From Rhodanobacter sp. (GTDB taxonomy: Bacteria > Pseudomonadota > Gammaproteobacteria > Xanthomonadales > Rhodanobacteraceae), in assembly GCA_035566635.1 (NCBI GenBank), contig DATMQY010000005.1, positions 223,562 through 287,561 of the forward strand: a DNA stretch of 64,000 nt, read 5' to 3'. This document shows, piece after piece, positions 29,684 to 38,863 of this stretch. Position 1 is the first letter of the stretch. Every line of letters begins with the position of its first letter. The translations under genes and the position numbers were made by a program. Below the pieces are notes generated by a model that saw only the letters and a list, made by a program, of their open reading frames with translations, made no database searches and had not been told where the DNA came from.

Positions 29684-31354
29684 ATGTCCTCATCCAGCCC
29701 TCTTCGCCGCGACGTCGGCCCATTCGCCCTGATGCTTACCGGCCTGGGCTCGATCATCGGCTCCGGCTGGTTGTTCGGCGCGTGGAAGGCGGCCGGTCTG
29801 GCCGGTCCTGGCGCGGTATGGGCCTGGGTACTGGGTGCGGCGATCATCATGACGATCGCGCTGACCTATGCCGAGCTGGGCGCGATGTTTCCCGAGTCCG
29901 GCGGCATGGTGCGCTATAGCCACTACTCGCACGGCTCGCTGGTCGGCTTCATCGGTGCGTGGGCGAACTGGATCGCGATCGTTTCGGTGATCCCGGTCGA
30001 GGCCGAGGCCTCGGTGCAGTACATGGCTGGCTGGAAGTGGCAATGGGCGAAAGACCTGTACATGCATGTACCGGGCGCACCCGGCGAGCTCAGCCATGCC
30101 GGCTTGACGATCGCTGCGGTGCTGGTGATCGTCTATTTCCTGATGAACTTCTGGAGCGTGAAGCTGTTCGCCCACTCCAATACCGCGATCACTGTATTCA
30201 AACTGGTGGTGCCGGCGGCCACCGGCCTGCTGCTGATCGCCAGCGGTTTCCATCCCGAGAATTTTTCGGTCGGCATCCACGGCGGCTCGCATGTAACGGA
30301 CTTCGCCGCCATCCTCACTGCTGTCGCCACCGCAGGCATCGTGTTCAGCTTCAACGGCTTCCAGAGTCCGGTGAATCTCGCCGGTGAAGCGCGCAATCCC
30401 GGCAGGAGCATCCCGTTCGCGGTGATCGGCTCGATCCTGCTGGCCACCGTCGTCTACATCATCCTGCAGGTCGCCTATATCGGCGCGGTGCCGCGCGAGT
30501 TGCTGGCCCAGGCCGGCTGGCACGGTATCGACTTCAGCTCACCGTTCGCGGACCTGGCGAAGATCCTCGGCCTGTTCTGGCTGGCCAATTTGCTTTTCCT
30601 CGACGCGTTCATCAGCCCCAGCGGCACCGGCATGACCTATACCGCCACCACGGCGCGGATGATCTACGGAATGGAGCGCAACGGCACGCTGCCGAAGATC
30701 CTCGGCAATGTGCACGCGAAGTGGGGCGTGCCGCGTCCGGCGATGTGGCTGAACCTCGCGGTGTCGTTCCTGTTCCTGTTCTTCTTCCGCGGTTGGGGCA
30801 CGCTGGCGGCGGTGATCTCGGTCGCCACGATCATCTCCTACCTCACCGGCCCGGTCAGCGTGATGACCTTGCGCCGCACTGCTCCCGAACTGCATCGCCC
30901 GTTCCGCCTGCGCGGCCTGTCGATACTGGCCGGTATCGCCTTCATCATGTCGACCGAGTTGCTGTACTGGGCCAAGTGGCCGCTCACCGGCGAGATCATC
31001 CTGCTGATGGTCGTCGCGCTGCCGGTATACCTGTACTACCAGGCCAAGGCCGGCTGGCACGACTTCGCCCGGCAGATGAAGGGCGCCTGGTGGCTGGTGT
31101 TCTACCTGCCCACGCTGGCGTTCGTGTCGTGGGCCGGCAGCACCACGTTCGGCGGCAAGGGCTATCTGTCCTACGGCATGGACCTGGGCGTAGTGGCGGT
31201 GATCGGCCTGGTGTTCTACCTGTGGGGCGTGAAGTCCGGCTGGCGCACGCCATCGGTGGAAGCGGCACAACTGGAAGCGCAGGCCAATCCGAATGCGCCC
31301 CTGGTGCTGGTGCCGCCGGACGAAGCGACCTCCGAACGCATTACCGGGCACTGA
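29684..31354 (+). CDS. APC-family amino acid permease
   Basis: GLGSIIGSGWLFGA, ELGAMFPESGG, FSFNGFQSPVNLAGEARNP. Confidence 0.9.
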   Translation: MSSSSPLRRDVGPFALMLTGLGSIIGSGWLFGAWKAAGLAGPGAVWAWVLGAAIIMTIALTYAELGAMFPESGGMVRYSHYSHGSLVGFIGAWANWIAIVSVIPVEAEASVQYMAGWKWQWAKDLYMHVPGAPGELSHAGLTIAAVLVIVYFLMNFWSVKLFAHSNTAITVFKLVVPAATGLLLIASGFHPENFSVGIHGGSHVTDFAAILTAVATAGIVFSFNGFQSPVNLAGEARNPGRSIPFAVIGSILLATVVYIILQVAYIGAVPRELLAQAGWHGIDFSSPFADLAKILGLFWLANLLFLDAFISPSGTGMTYTATTARMIYGMERNGTLPKILGNVHAKWGVPRPAMWLNLAVSFLFLFFFRGWGTLAAVISVATIISYLTGPVSVMTLRRTAPELHRPFRLRGLSILAGIAFIMSTELLYWAKWPLTGEIILLMVVALPVYLYYQAKAGWHDFARQMKGAWWLVFYLPTLAFVSWAGSTTFGGKGYLSYGMDLGVVAVIGLVFYLWGVKSGWRTPSVEAAQLEAQANPNAPLVLVPPDEATSERITGH

Positions 31355-31376
31355 GCTTCAATCCTCCGGTCAGACC

Positions 31377-31409
31377 AAAAGCGCGCGGCTGATCACCGCG
31401 CGCTTTTTT
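31377..31409 (+). terminator. Rho-independent terminator
   Basis: AAAAGCGCGCGG-ctgatca-CCGCGCGCTTTTTT after the permease stop. Confidence 0.85.
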
Positions 31410-31506
31410 CATTTCGAATGCTTCTCTCCGACGGCTCCACAACGGCACAAGTTGTACAGTGAATCCTGGATCGTGACCTTCACGTTGATCAACCGAGGGA
31501 CGTCAG

Positions 31507-32205
31507 ATGAATCCGCAGAAGCCTGTTGCCACGAGAGTCAAGATTTCGAAGAACGGCCCTTATCTCGTTTCCGGAGCGCTGCCTCTGCACAAGCAGACCA
31601 TCGGCACCAACGAAGACGACGAGTCGATAACGTGGGACAAGGGACGGCAGTATCCCGCGCAGGAGCAATACTCGTTATGCCGCTGCGGCCACAGCGCAAC
31701 CAAGCCGTTCTGCGACGGCACGCATGCGAAGGTCGGATTTGATGGCAGCGAAACCGCGAGTCGCAAGCCGTATCTTGAGCAGGCTGAAGTCATCCGCGGC
31801 CCGACGATGTCGTTGACCGACGTCGAAGGCCTGTGCGCGTTCGCGCGCTTCTGCGATCCGCGTGGCAAGGTGTGGAATCTCGTCAACGAAACCGACGATC
31901 CTGCGGCCGGCAAGCATTTCGTCAGCCAAACCTGCGACTGTCCCTCGGGACGGCTGGTGGCCTGGGACAATGAAACCGGCAAAGCGATCGAGCCAGCGTT
32001 CGAACCCTCGATCGCCCTGATCGAGGATCCTGCCCAGCACTGCTCCGGGCCGATCTGGCTGCGTGGCGGCGTACCATTGATCGGCGCCGACGGTTTTGAA
32101 TACGAGGTGCGCAATCGCGTGACCCTGTGCCGTTGCGGCGCATCGCAGAACAAGCCGTTCTGCGACGGCACGCATGCGTCGATCGGATTCAGCGACAGCG
32201 AATGA
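31507..32205 (+). CDS. CDGSH iron-sulfur domain protein (two CDGSH motifs)
   Basis: CRCGHSATKPFCDGTH and CRCGASQNKPFCDGTH flank a central C..ARFC...CPSGRL region. Confidence 0.88.
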   Translation: MNPQKPVATRVKISKNGPYLVSGALPLHKQTIGTNEDDESITWDKGRQYPAQEQYSLCRCGHSATKPFCDGTHAKVGFDGSETASRKPYLEQAEVIRGPTMSLTDVEGLCAFARFCDPRGKVWNLVNETDDPAAGKHFVSQTCDCPSGRLVAWDNETGKAIEPAFEPSIALIEDPAQHCSGPIWLRGGVPLIGADGFEYEVRNRVTLCRCGASQNKPFCDGTHASIGFSDSE

Positions 32206-32227
32206 GTGCACGCTGGCCTGCATCGCA

Positions 32228-33322
32228 TCAGGCCAGTGCCAATACGTCCCCCAGCAACGCCTGTGCCGTCACCTCCGGCCCCGCGCCCGGCCCCTGGATC
32301 ACCAGTGGCTGGGTGTTGTAGCGGGTGGTGGTGAGAGCGAACTGGTTGTCGGTGCCGTACAGGCGTGCGGCCGGATGGGTCAGCGGCACCTCGACCAGAC
32401 CAACGCGGGCGCGGCCGCGCTGGTTGAGGCGTGCAAGGAAGCGCAGCACGCAACCACGCGATTTCGCGTCGGCATGCAGCTTCGCCAGCGGCTTATCCAG
32501 TTCCTCCAGCCGCGCGAGAAAGGCCTCGGTATCCAGCGCACGCAGCGGTTCGGGTACCAGGCCCTGCACATCCACCTCCTCGGTGCCGAGCGAGAAGCCG
32601 GCGTTGCGGGCGATGATCAGCAGCTTGCGCGCCACATCTTCGCCGGACAGGTCGGAACGCGGATCGGGTTCGGTGTAACCGAGCTGACGTGCCTCGCGCA
32701 GCAGCGCTGAGAACGGACGGCTGCCGTCGTACTGGTTGAACAGCCACGACAGCGAGCCGCTGAATACGCCTTCCAGCGTAAGCAACGCATCACCGCAGGT
32801 ACGCAGGCGGCGCAGCGTGGACAGCACCGGCAAGCCGGCGCCGACGGTAGCCGAGTCTCCGTAGCGGCCGCCATGCGTCAGCGCTGCCTGCAGCGCTCGC
32901 CAGCCGGGTAGCTCGCCACCTGCCAGAGCCTTGTTCGCGGTGACCACGTGGTAGCCGCTTGCCAGCCATTCGGCATGGCGCGCGGCCAGTGGAGCACTGG
33001 CCGTGGCATCGACGATCACCTTGACCACCGCGCCACTGGCATCCAGCGCGGCGAGCAGGCTGGCGTTGTCGCGCACGTCGCCCTGGCGGTTGAGCTGATC
33101 ACGCAGGCTGCGGCTGGCAAGGCTGGCGGGGTCGGTCTGCTGACGACGCGAGTTCGCGGCGCCGACCAGTCGCAGCGCCGCCGCGGCGGGCGTGTTGAGC
33201 AGCTTCAGCAAGGCGCCGCCGACCACGCCGGTGCCGAGCAGCACCACCGCGATGGCAGGTGCGGGAACGGCCTCAGCCGCGATTGCCCCGCGCACCGGAA
33301 GATCAGTGAGCACTGCGCTCAT
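32228..33322 (-). CDS. hom: Homoserine dehydrogenase (monofunctional)
   Basis: GTGVVG, VVTANKA, ATVGAGLP, GYTEPDPRSDLSGEDVARK, GPGAGPEVTA. Confidence 0.92.
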   Translation of the reverse strand: MSAVLTDLPVRGAIAAEAVPAPAIAVVLLGTGVVGGALLKLLNTPAAAALRLVGAANSRRQQTDPASLASRSLRDQLNRQGDVRDNASLLAALDASGAVVKVIVDATASAPLAARHAEWLASGYHVVTANKALAGGELPGWRALQAALTHGGRYGDSATVGAGLPVLSTLRRLRTCGDALLTLEGVFSGSLSWLFNQYDGSRPFSALLREARQLGYTEPDPRSDLSGEDVARKLLIIARNAGFSLGTEEVDVQGLVPEPLRALDTEAFLARLEELDKPLAKLHADAKSRGCVLRFLARLNQRGRARVGLVEVPLTHPAARLYGTDNQFALTTTRYNTQPLVIQGPGAGPEVTAQALLGDVLALA

Positions 33323-34506
33323 GCGAGCACCCGGCGTTTGGATTTATCCACGGCGGCGGCACGAACCAGTGCCGCGTCGAGGTCACGCAATAGATCATCG
33401 CCATCCTCGATGCCCACCGACAACCGCAGCAGGCTGTCGGCGATGCCGGCGGTGCGGCGCGCCTCGGGCGCCATCGACGCATGCGTCATCGAGGCCGGAT
33501 GCGCGATCAGGCTCTCCACGCCACCAAGTGATTCGGCCAGCGAGAAATACTGCAGGCCATCGACGAAGGCCTCGATATGAGCCACGTCGCCGGCCAGCTC
33601 GAAACTGAGCATGGCGCCGAAACCCTGCTGCTGGCGCGACGCCAGCGCGTGGCCAGCATGACTGGCCAGGCCGGGGTAGTACACCTTGCGCACGGCCGCA
33701 TGGGCGTCCAGCTGCTCGGCGATGCGCGTGGCGTTTTCCTGGTGCTGACGCAACCGCACGCTGAGCGTGCGCAGGCCGCGCAGGGTCAGAAAACTGTCGA
33801 ACGGTGCGCCGGTGAGGCCGTTGCAGTTGGCCCACCACTTCAGCTGATCGAACACCGCCGCGTCGCGCGCCACCACCGCGCCGCCGACCACATCACTGTG
33901 ACCGTTGATGTACTTGGTGGTGGAGTGCACTACCACGTCCGCGCCGAGCAGCAGCGGCTGTTGCAGCGCCGGTGACAGGAAGGTGTTGTCGACCACCAGC
34001 AGCGCACCGACCGTGTGTGCAGCCTGCGCCACGTGGCGGATGTCGGTGATCCGCAGCAACGGATTGGACGGCGTCTCCACCCACACCAGCGCCGGCTTCT
34101 GCGCCAGGCCGGCGGCCAGCGCCACGCTGTCGGTGAGGTCGGCGAACTCGACCTGGAAGCGACCCTTCTTCGCCCATGCATCCAGCAGGCGCCAAGTGCC
34201 GCCGTAGCAATCATGCGCAGCGAGCACCGTGGCGCCGGCCGGCACCAGTTCCAGCGCCAGCGCCACCGCCGACATGCCGCTTGAGGTCACTACCGCGCCG
34301 GCGCCCTGCTCCAGTTCCGCCAGTGCGTTGCCGAGCAGGTCGCGAGTCGGATTGCCGCTGCGCGAGTAGTCGTACGGACGCTTGCCACCGAGCCCCTCGA
34401 ACGCGTAGTTGGTCGACAGATGCAGCGGCGGCACTACCGCACCGTGCTGGGTATCGCTCTCGATGCCGGCGCGCACGGCGCGGGTACAGGGGGCGGACTC
34501 GCTCAT
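33319..34506 (-). CDS. metB: Cystathionine gamma-synthase / O-succinylhomoserine (thiol)-lyase
   Basis: YSRSGNPTR, WVETPSNP, VDNTF, HSTTKYINGHSD (PLP Lys), AESLGGVESL. Confidence 0.93.
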   Translation of the reverse strand: MSESAPCTRAVRAGIESDTQHGAVVPPLHLSTNYAFEGLGGKRPYDYSRSGNPTRDLLGNALAELEQGAGAVVTSSGMSAVALALELVPAGATVLAAHDCYGGTWRLLDAWAKKGRFQVEFADLTDSVALAAGLAQKPALVWVETPSNPLLRITDIRHVAQAAHTVGALLVVDNTFLSPALQQPLLLGADVVVHSTTKYINGHSDVVGGAVVARDAAVFDQLKWWANCNGLTGAPFDSFLTLRGLRTLSVRLRQHQENATRIAEQLDAHAAVRKVYYPGLASHAGHALASRQQQGFGAMLSFELAGDVAHIEAFVDGLQYFSLAESLGGVESLIAHPASMTHASMAPEARRTAGIADSLLRLSVGIEDGDDLLRDLDAALVRAAAVDKSKRRVLA

Positions 34507-34543
34507 GATGGATCTCCGGTTCTTGCTGGTTTCAGGTGGGGAA

Positions 34544-35569
34544 TCAGGCCAGCGCTTCGCGCAACAGCGGCGCGAGCTGCTCGGGTTCTTTGAGGAAGGC
34601 ATCGTGGCCGTACGGCGACTCGATCACTTCCAGCGTGGCCGGGCCATGCAGGCGATGCTGCAGCTCGCACAGGTCGGCCAGCGGCACCAGCCGGTCGGAC
34701 GGAAAACCGATCAGCGTGGCCGGCGTCGGGATCTGCTCCGGCTTGACGTCGTGCAGGTCGATCGATTCGGACAGCGCGAGGAAACGGTCGGCATCGAAGC
34801 GCTCGACGAAACGACGGCCCTGATGCGCCAGATAGTCCTCGACCGGAAAGTGGAAGCGGTCGTCGCGCCACTCCGGGCCACCGGCGAAGCGCCGGCCGAA
34901 CTCGCCGCTGCCGCGGTAGGTGGTGATCGCCAGTTGGCGCGCCAGCGCCAGCGCTTCGTCGACCTGGCCACTGGCCTGACCCAGCCGCACGATGCCGCGC
35001 TGCACGCTGCGCTGCGCGGTGCTGAGCGGATGCGGCCGATGCGCGCCGGCCAGCAGCACCAGCCGGCCCACGCAGCGCGGATGCCGCGCGGCAAACGCCA
35101 GCGCCACCATTGCGCCATACGAGGAGCCGATGAAGGCATGTGCCTGCGGGATGTCCAGGGCCTGCAGCAGCGCGGCCAGCGCGTCGGCCTGATCCTCGCT
35201 GGATACGGAGCCGGCGCCCAGCTCGTCCGGGGTCAGCCAGTCGATCGCGAGCACGCGCCAGCGTTCCAGATCGATCGCTGCACCGCTGCCTACCAGCGCC
35301 TGCCACCAGCCCGGTGCGGCATGACCGTCCAGCGCGGTGACGTCACGGTCGGCCGAGATGCCGCCCTGCACGATCAACGTGGGAGCATCCGGCGCGCCGC
35401 ACCACAGATAGCGCACCTCGACCTCGCGCGGGCCACTGCCGTACTTCGGGCTGATGGTCAGCCGCCGCGTAATGCGCTGGGCGCTCAGATCATCGCGACG
35501 GGCCTCCGCATGAAAGCGTGCCGGCAGGTGGCTTGAAGCGTGGTTGGCGAGTAGCGGCTGGCTGGTCAT
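34544..35569 (-). CDS. metX: Homoserine O-acyltransferase (MetX family)
   Basis: QGGISA, PGWW, IGSSYG nucleophile elbow, YGHDAFLKE. First gene of the met operon, with GGAGA RBS. Confidence 0.9.
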   Translation of the reverse strand: MTSQPLLANHASSHLPARFHAEARRDDLSAQRITRRLTISPKYGSGPREVEVRYLWCGAPDAPTLIVQGGISADRDVTALDGHAAPGWWQALVGSGAAIDLERWRVLAIDWLTPDELGAGSVSSEDQADALAALLQALDIPQAHAFIGSSYGAMVALAFAARHPRCVGRLVLLAGAHRPHPLSTAQRSVQRGIVRLGQASGQVDEALALARQLAITTYRGSGEFGRRFAGGPEWRDDRFHFPVEDYLAHQGRRFVERFDADRFLALSESIDLHDVKPEQIPTPATLIGFPSDRLVPLADLCELQHRLHGPATLEVIESPYGHDAFLKEPEQLAPLLREALA

Positions 35570-35651
35570 GCGGTTCTCCGGTCGCATCGCCTGCGGGGTG
35601 CCGGAGCCGGGTGTCATGCATGCACAGCAGTGAAACTGCAGCAGGATGACG

Positions 35652-35764
35652 CCCATCTCTCGGTGGCGCCGTGGCGCCTCCGCAGGATTTGGCACCGTGA
35701 CGGGAACGCTTCCCGCTGGTTGCCCCGGCATCAAAGGGCCTATCCCTCCGCCGGTCTCGATGAG
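35652..35764 (-). ncRNA. SAM-I riboswitch
   Basis: Minus strand CTCATCGAGA...GGCGGAGGGATAGGCCCTTTGATGCCGGGGCAACC...GGTGCCAAATCCTGC...GAGAGATGGG matches the SAM-I core, upstream of metX-metB-hom. Confidence 0.93.
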
Positions 35765-35772
35765 TGAAACGG

Positions 35773-35802
35773 ATAGTGAAGGCTTTGCTTATTACTTGTC
35801 AA
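35773..35802 (-). promoter_or_regulatory. sigma70-type promoter of the met operon
   Basis: TTGACA (35802-35797)-N18-CACTAT (35778-35773) puts the start site at the riboswitch 5' end. Confidence 0.55.
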
Positions 35803-35803
35803 T

Positions 35804-35827
35804 AGACGTCTAAACATCTAAACGTAT
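35804..35827. promoter_or_regulatory. Three tandem MetJ-type 8-bp boxes
   Basis: AGACGTCT (consensus), AAACATCT and AAACGTAT, contiguous and directly upstream of the -35 element. Confidence 0.6.
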
Positions 35828-35865
35828 ATGCGTTTAAGTAATAACGACAAAGGAATGACGTAAAC

Positions 35866-36000
35866 ATGCCAGCTGCACCGCAGCATCACCCGAAAACCCC
35901 CATAAGCCTGCGGCTGGGTGCGCAACTCCTGCATGTGCATCAGGCCAAGCTGCTCAAGCCGGCGCTGCTGCGCAACAAGGGCCTCCCCTTACCGGACTGA
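35866..36000 (+). CDS. Candidate small protein (44 aa)
   Basis: AAAGGA RBS. Protein MPAAPQHHPKTPISLRLGAQLLHVHQAKLLKPALLRNKGLPLPD*, with GC-rich third positions in the second half. Confidence 0.35.
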   Translation: MPAAPQHHPKTPISLRLGAQLLHVHQAKLLKPALLRNKGLPLPD

Positions 36001-36076
36001 CTGGTGCATGCACCTGGACCGAGGTCGATACGCGCCAGCCATCGCCGCTTCATGCGCCTCCTGCTAACGTATTCGC

Positions 36077-36802
36077 ATGACTCCCCACCCCGACACGACC
36101 GCGTTGCATACCCGCTTGCAGCGCGACGGCTTTGCCTTCGTCACCGCCGACACCATGCGCGGCCTGCTCCCGGTACAGGCGCTGAGCGACTGGCCCGCGT
36201 TCACCGCCAGCTGGAACGATCTGGCTCCCGACAGCTACCTCGCCGCTAGCGGCCGTCATCGGCGCCGGCGCCACGCCACGTTCGCCGTCGACGCGGACGG
36301 CGACGTGCAACGCCAGCCGCACCAGCCGCATTACCAGAGCCTGCAGTACAACTCGCTGCAGGGCGATATCCAGCGCTGGTTCGAACCGGTGCTGCCGGCG
36401 ATTGCCGACGGCGCCAGCCTGCGCCACATCCTCGGCTTCTGCCGCGACTGCTTCGGCGCGCTGGCGTCTGCCACCCGCCATTGGCATATCGAGGTGCACC
36501 AGTTCCGCATCGAGGCGCGCGCCGACGAAGCCGGCGAGCCGACGCCGGAGGGCGTGCATCGCGACGGCGTCGACTACGTGCTGGTGCTGCTGATCGACCG
36601 CGCGAACATCGAGAGCGGCACCACCACCATCCATGCCCATGACGGCAGCCTGCTGGGCAGCTTCACGCTCACCCACGCACTGGATGCCGCACTGGTCGAC
36701 GACAGCCGCGTCTTTCACGGCGTCACCGCGGTAACGCCGCTCGACCCGCAACAGCCGGCGCACCGCGATGTGCTGGTGGTGACATTCAAGGCGACGGCGT
36801 GA
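36077..36802 (+). CDS. 2-oxoglutarate/Fe(II) dioxygenase family protein
   Basis: TPEGVHRDGVD (HxD), VFHGVT (distal His), RDVLVVTF (2OG-binding Arg). Confidence 0.85.
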   Translation: MTPHPDTTALHTRLQRDGFAFVTADTMRGLLPVQALSDWPAFTASWNDLAPDSYLAASGRHRRRRHATFAVDADGDVQRQPHQPHYQSLQYNSLQGDIQRWFEPVLPAIADGASLRHILGFCRDCFGALASATRHWHIEVHQFRIEARADEAGEPTPEGVHRDGVDYVLVLLIDRANIESGTTTIHAHDGSLLGSFTLTHALDAALVDDSRVFHGVTAVTPLDPQQPAHRDVLVVTFKATA

Positions 36803-36913
36803 CCGGATCTCATCACGGCTGCGCCTGCCCGCGCATCCGTGATATCCGACCACTACACCCACATTACCTGCAGTCGCGTAAGATGCGCGGTTGATCTTTC
36901 GCCAGGCCATGTC

Positions 36914-38095
36914 ATGTCCCTCGATTCATCACATCGCGGGAACCCTGTTGCCTCCCCGCCGCATGATGCCCACGCCGAGCGTCTGAAATTCAGCGGTGAC
37001 AACTCGTTTCACCGCGAACTGCGCCGTCGTGTCGATGCCGAGTTCAAGCGCAGCGGCACCCGCCAGCGCGACAGCGCGCAGATGTATCTGAAGACGGCGG
37101 TCATTCTCGCCACGTTCGCACTGGCCTATGTCGCGCTGGTGTTCTTCGCGGTCACGTGGTGGCAGGCACTGCCGCTGGCGCTCGTGCTGGGCACGGCGAT
37201 GGCGGGGATCGGCTTCAACATCATGCATGACGGCGGCCATCAAGCGTATTCGGAGCGGCGCTGGATCAACCGGCTGATGGCGCTGGCGCTGGACCTGGTC
37301 GGCGGCAGCTCGTACATCTGGCAGTGGAAGCACGCACGCTTCCACCACACCTGGGTCAACGTGGCCGGCCACGACAGCGACATCGACCTCGGCGTGCTGG
37401 GCCGGCTGTCGCCGCAACAGCCGCACCGGCCGTGGCATCGCTGGCAGCACGTCTATCTGTGGCCACTGTACGGCGTCACTGCGATCCGCTGGCACCTCTA
37501 CGGCGATTTCCGCGACATGATCACCGGCACCGTCGGCGAGCGCCCGTTCGTTCGTCCGAAAGGCTGGGATCTGGTCGGATTCGTGATCGGCAAGCTGGTG
37601 TTCTTCACCCTTGCGTTCGGCCTGCCGCTGATCTTCCATCCGATCGGCAGCGTGTTGCTGTTCTATGCACTGGTCTCGGCAGTCGCCGGCGTGCTGCTGG
37701 CGCTGGTGTTCCAGATGGCGCATGTGGTGGAAGAGGCGGCATTTCCGTTACCCGACGAAACCGGCCAGCAGATGGATACGCCGTGGGCGATTCATCAGTT
37801 GGAAACCACGGTGGATTTCGCCCGCGGCAACCGCGTGCTGAGCTGGCTGATCGGCGGCCTGAATTTCCAGGTCGAGCACCACCTGTTCCCGCGCATCTCG
37901 CACGTGCACTACCCGCTGGTCGCCCGCGTGGTGGAAGCTACCTGCCGCGAGTTCGGCGTGGTCTATCTCGAACATCGCACGTTCGGCGCCGGCATCGCTT
38001 CGCACTACCGTCTGCTGCGGCACCTGGGCAGGCCGGTCGCCGCAATCGACATGGCATCTGCCGCGCTGTTGCCCGAGCCCATGCTGCACAACTGA
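36914..38095 (+). CDS. Membrane fatty-acid (acyl-CoA/lipid) desaturase
   Basis: Three His boxes: HDGGH, HARFHH, QVEHH. Confidence 0.92.
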   Translation: MSLDSSHRGNPVASPPHDAHAERLKFSGDNSFHRELRRRVDAEFKRSGTRQRDSAQMYLKTAVILATFALAYVALVFFAVTWWQALPLALVLGTAMAGIGFNIMHDGGHQAYSERRWINRLMALALDLVGGSSYIWQWKHARFHHTWVNVAGHDSDIDLGVLGRLSPQQPHRPWHRWQHVYLWPLYGVTAIRWHLYGDFRDMITGTVGERPFVRPKGWDLVGFVIGKLVFFTLAFGLPLIFHPIGSVLLFYALVSAVAGVLLALVFQMAHVVEEAAFPLPDETGQQMDTPWAIHQLETTVDFARGNRVLSWLIGGLNFQVEHHLFPRISHVHYPLVARVVEATCREFGVVYLEHRTFGAGIASHYRLLRHLGRPVAAIDMASAALLPEPMLHN

Positions 38096-38293
38096 TGTGC
38101 AACCTCCGATTGCGCGTGAATACCGCACTGCCACGAAATTCACGCGCAGCGAGCTTGTGCCTTGCGATGCTGTATTCGCAGTAGCCATGCCTTCGGTACG
38201 GTTTCACCTCCGGGCAAGCGCGTGCGCTGACATTTGCCGCTGTCCTTGACCTGTGGCTCCGCCACAAGCTTGGCATTCCATAAAGGACACATC

Positions 38294-38632
38294 ATGAAAA
38301 CGAAACTAGTCTTGGCCATGTGCGCCGCTCTGCTGGTATCCGGTGCAGCGATGGCAGCGCAGTCCGACGATCAAAGCGGCACCGTTCAAACCACCAAAAC
38401 GACGACGACCACTGTGCAGCACGTCAACGGTGCCAACACCACCTGGTACAAGGAAGGCGGCATCGTACCCACCGAGTATCGCGACAATCGTTACGTTGTT
38501 CAGCACTGGCAGGTCGAGCACTTGAACGAACCCGTCCATGGATCCCATTGGGTGCGCGGCGACGATGGTGACTACCTGCTGGTCGATGAAACCAACGGCG
38601 CGATCACCAAAATCATCCGCCACACCGATTGA
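38294..38632 (+). CDS. RcnB-family small periplasmic protein
   Basis: Signal peptide, then WYKEGGIVPTEYR...HLNEP..GSHWVR.DDGDYLLVD..NGAITKI. Confidence 0.75.
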   Translation: MKTKLVLAMCAALLVSGAAMAAQSDDQSGTVQTTKTTTTTVQHVNGANTTWYKEGGIVPTEYRDNRYVVQHWQVEHLNEPVHGSHWVRGDDGDYLLVDETNGAITKIIRHTD

Positions 38633-38666
38633 CCCACCAGGGACGCGATCCCTCACTGCGTCCCAT

Positions 38667-38701
38667 GAAAACGGATCCATGACTTCCATGGATCCGTTTT
38701 C
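38667..38701. terminator. Bidirectional Rho-independent terminator
   Basis: Perfect 15-bp arms GAAAACGGATCCATG / CATGGATCCGTTTTC. Confidence 0.75.
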
Positions 38702-38863
38702 TATTGCGGTAGTCAATCTGTCGATGGCTTCGACGTGACGACCGTATTGAACCTGCTCCCTCCGTTGCGCTTTGCAATTGCGATGAATCGACCCGGCTGC
38801 GACACTCCCCGCATGACGCTCCGACCCTGGAGCACCACGGCCAACCATCCGAGGGGAGCTGCC

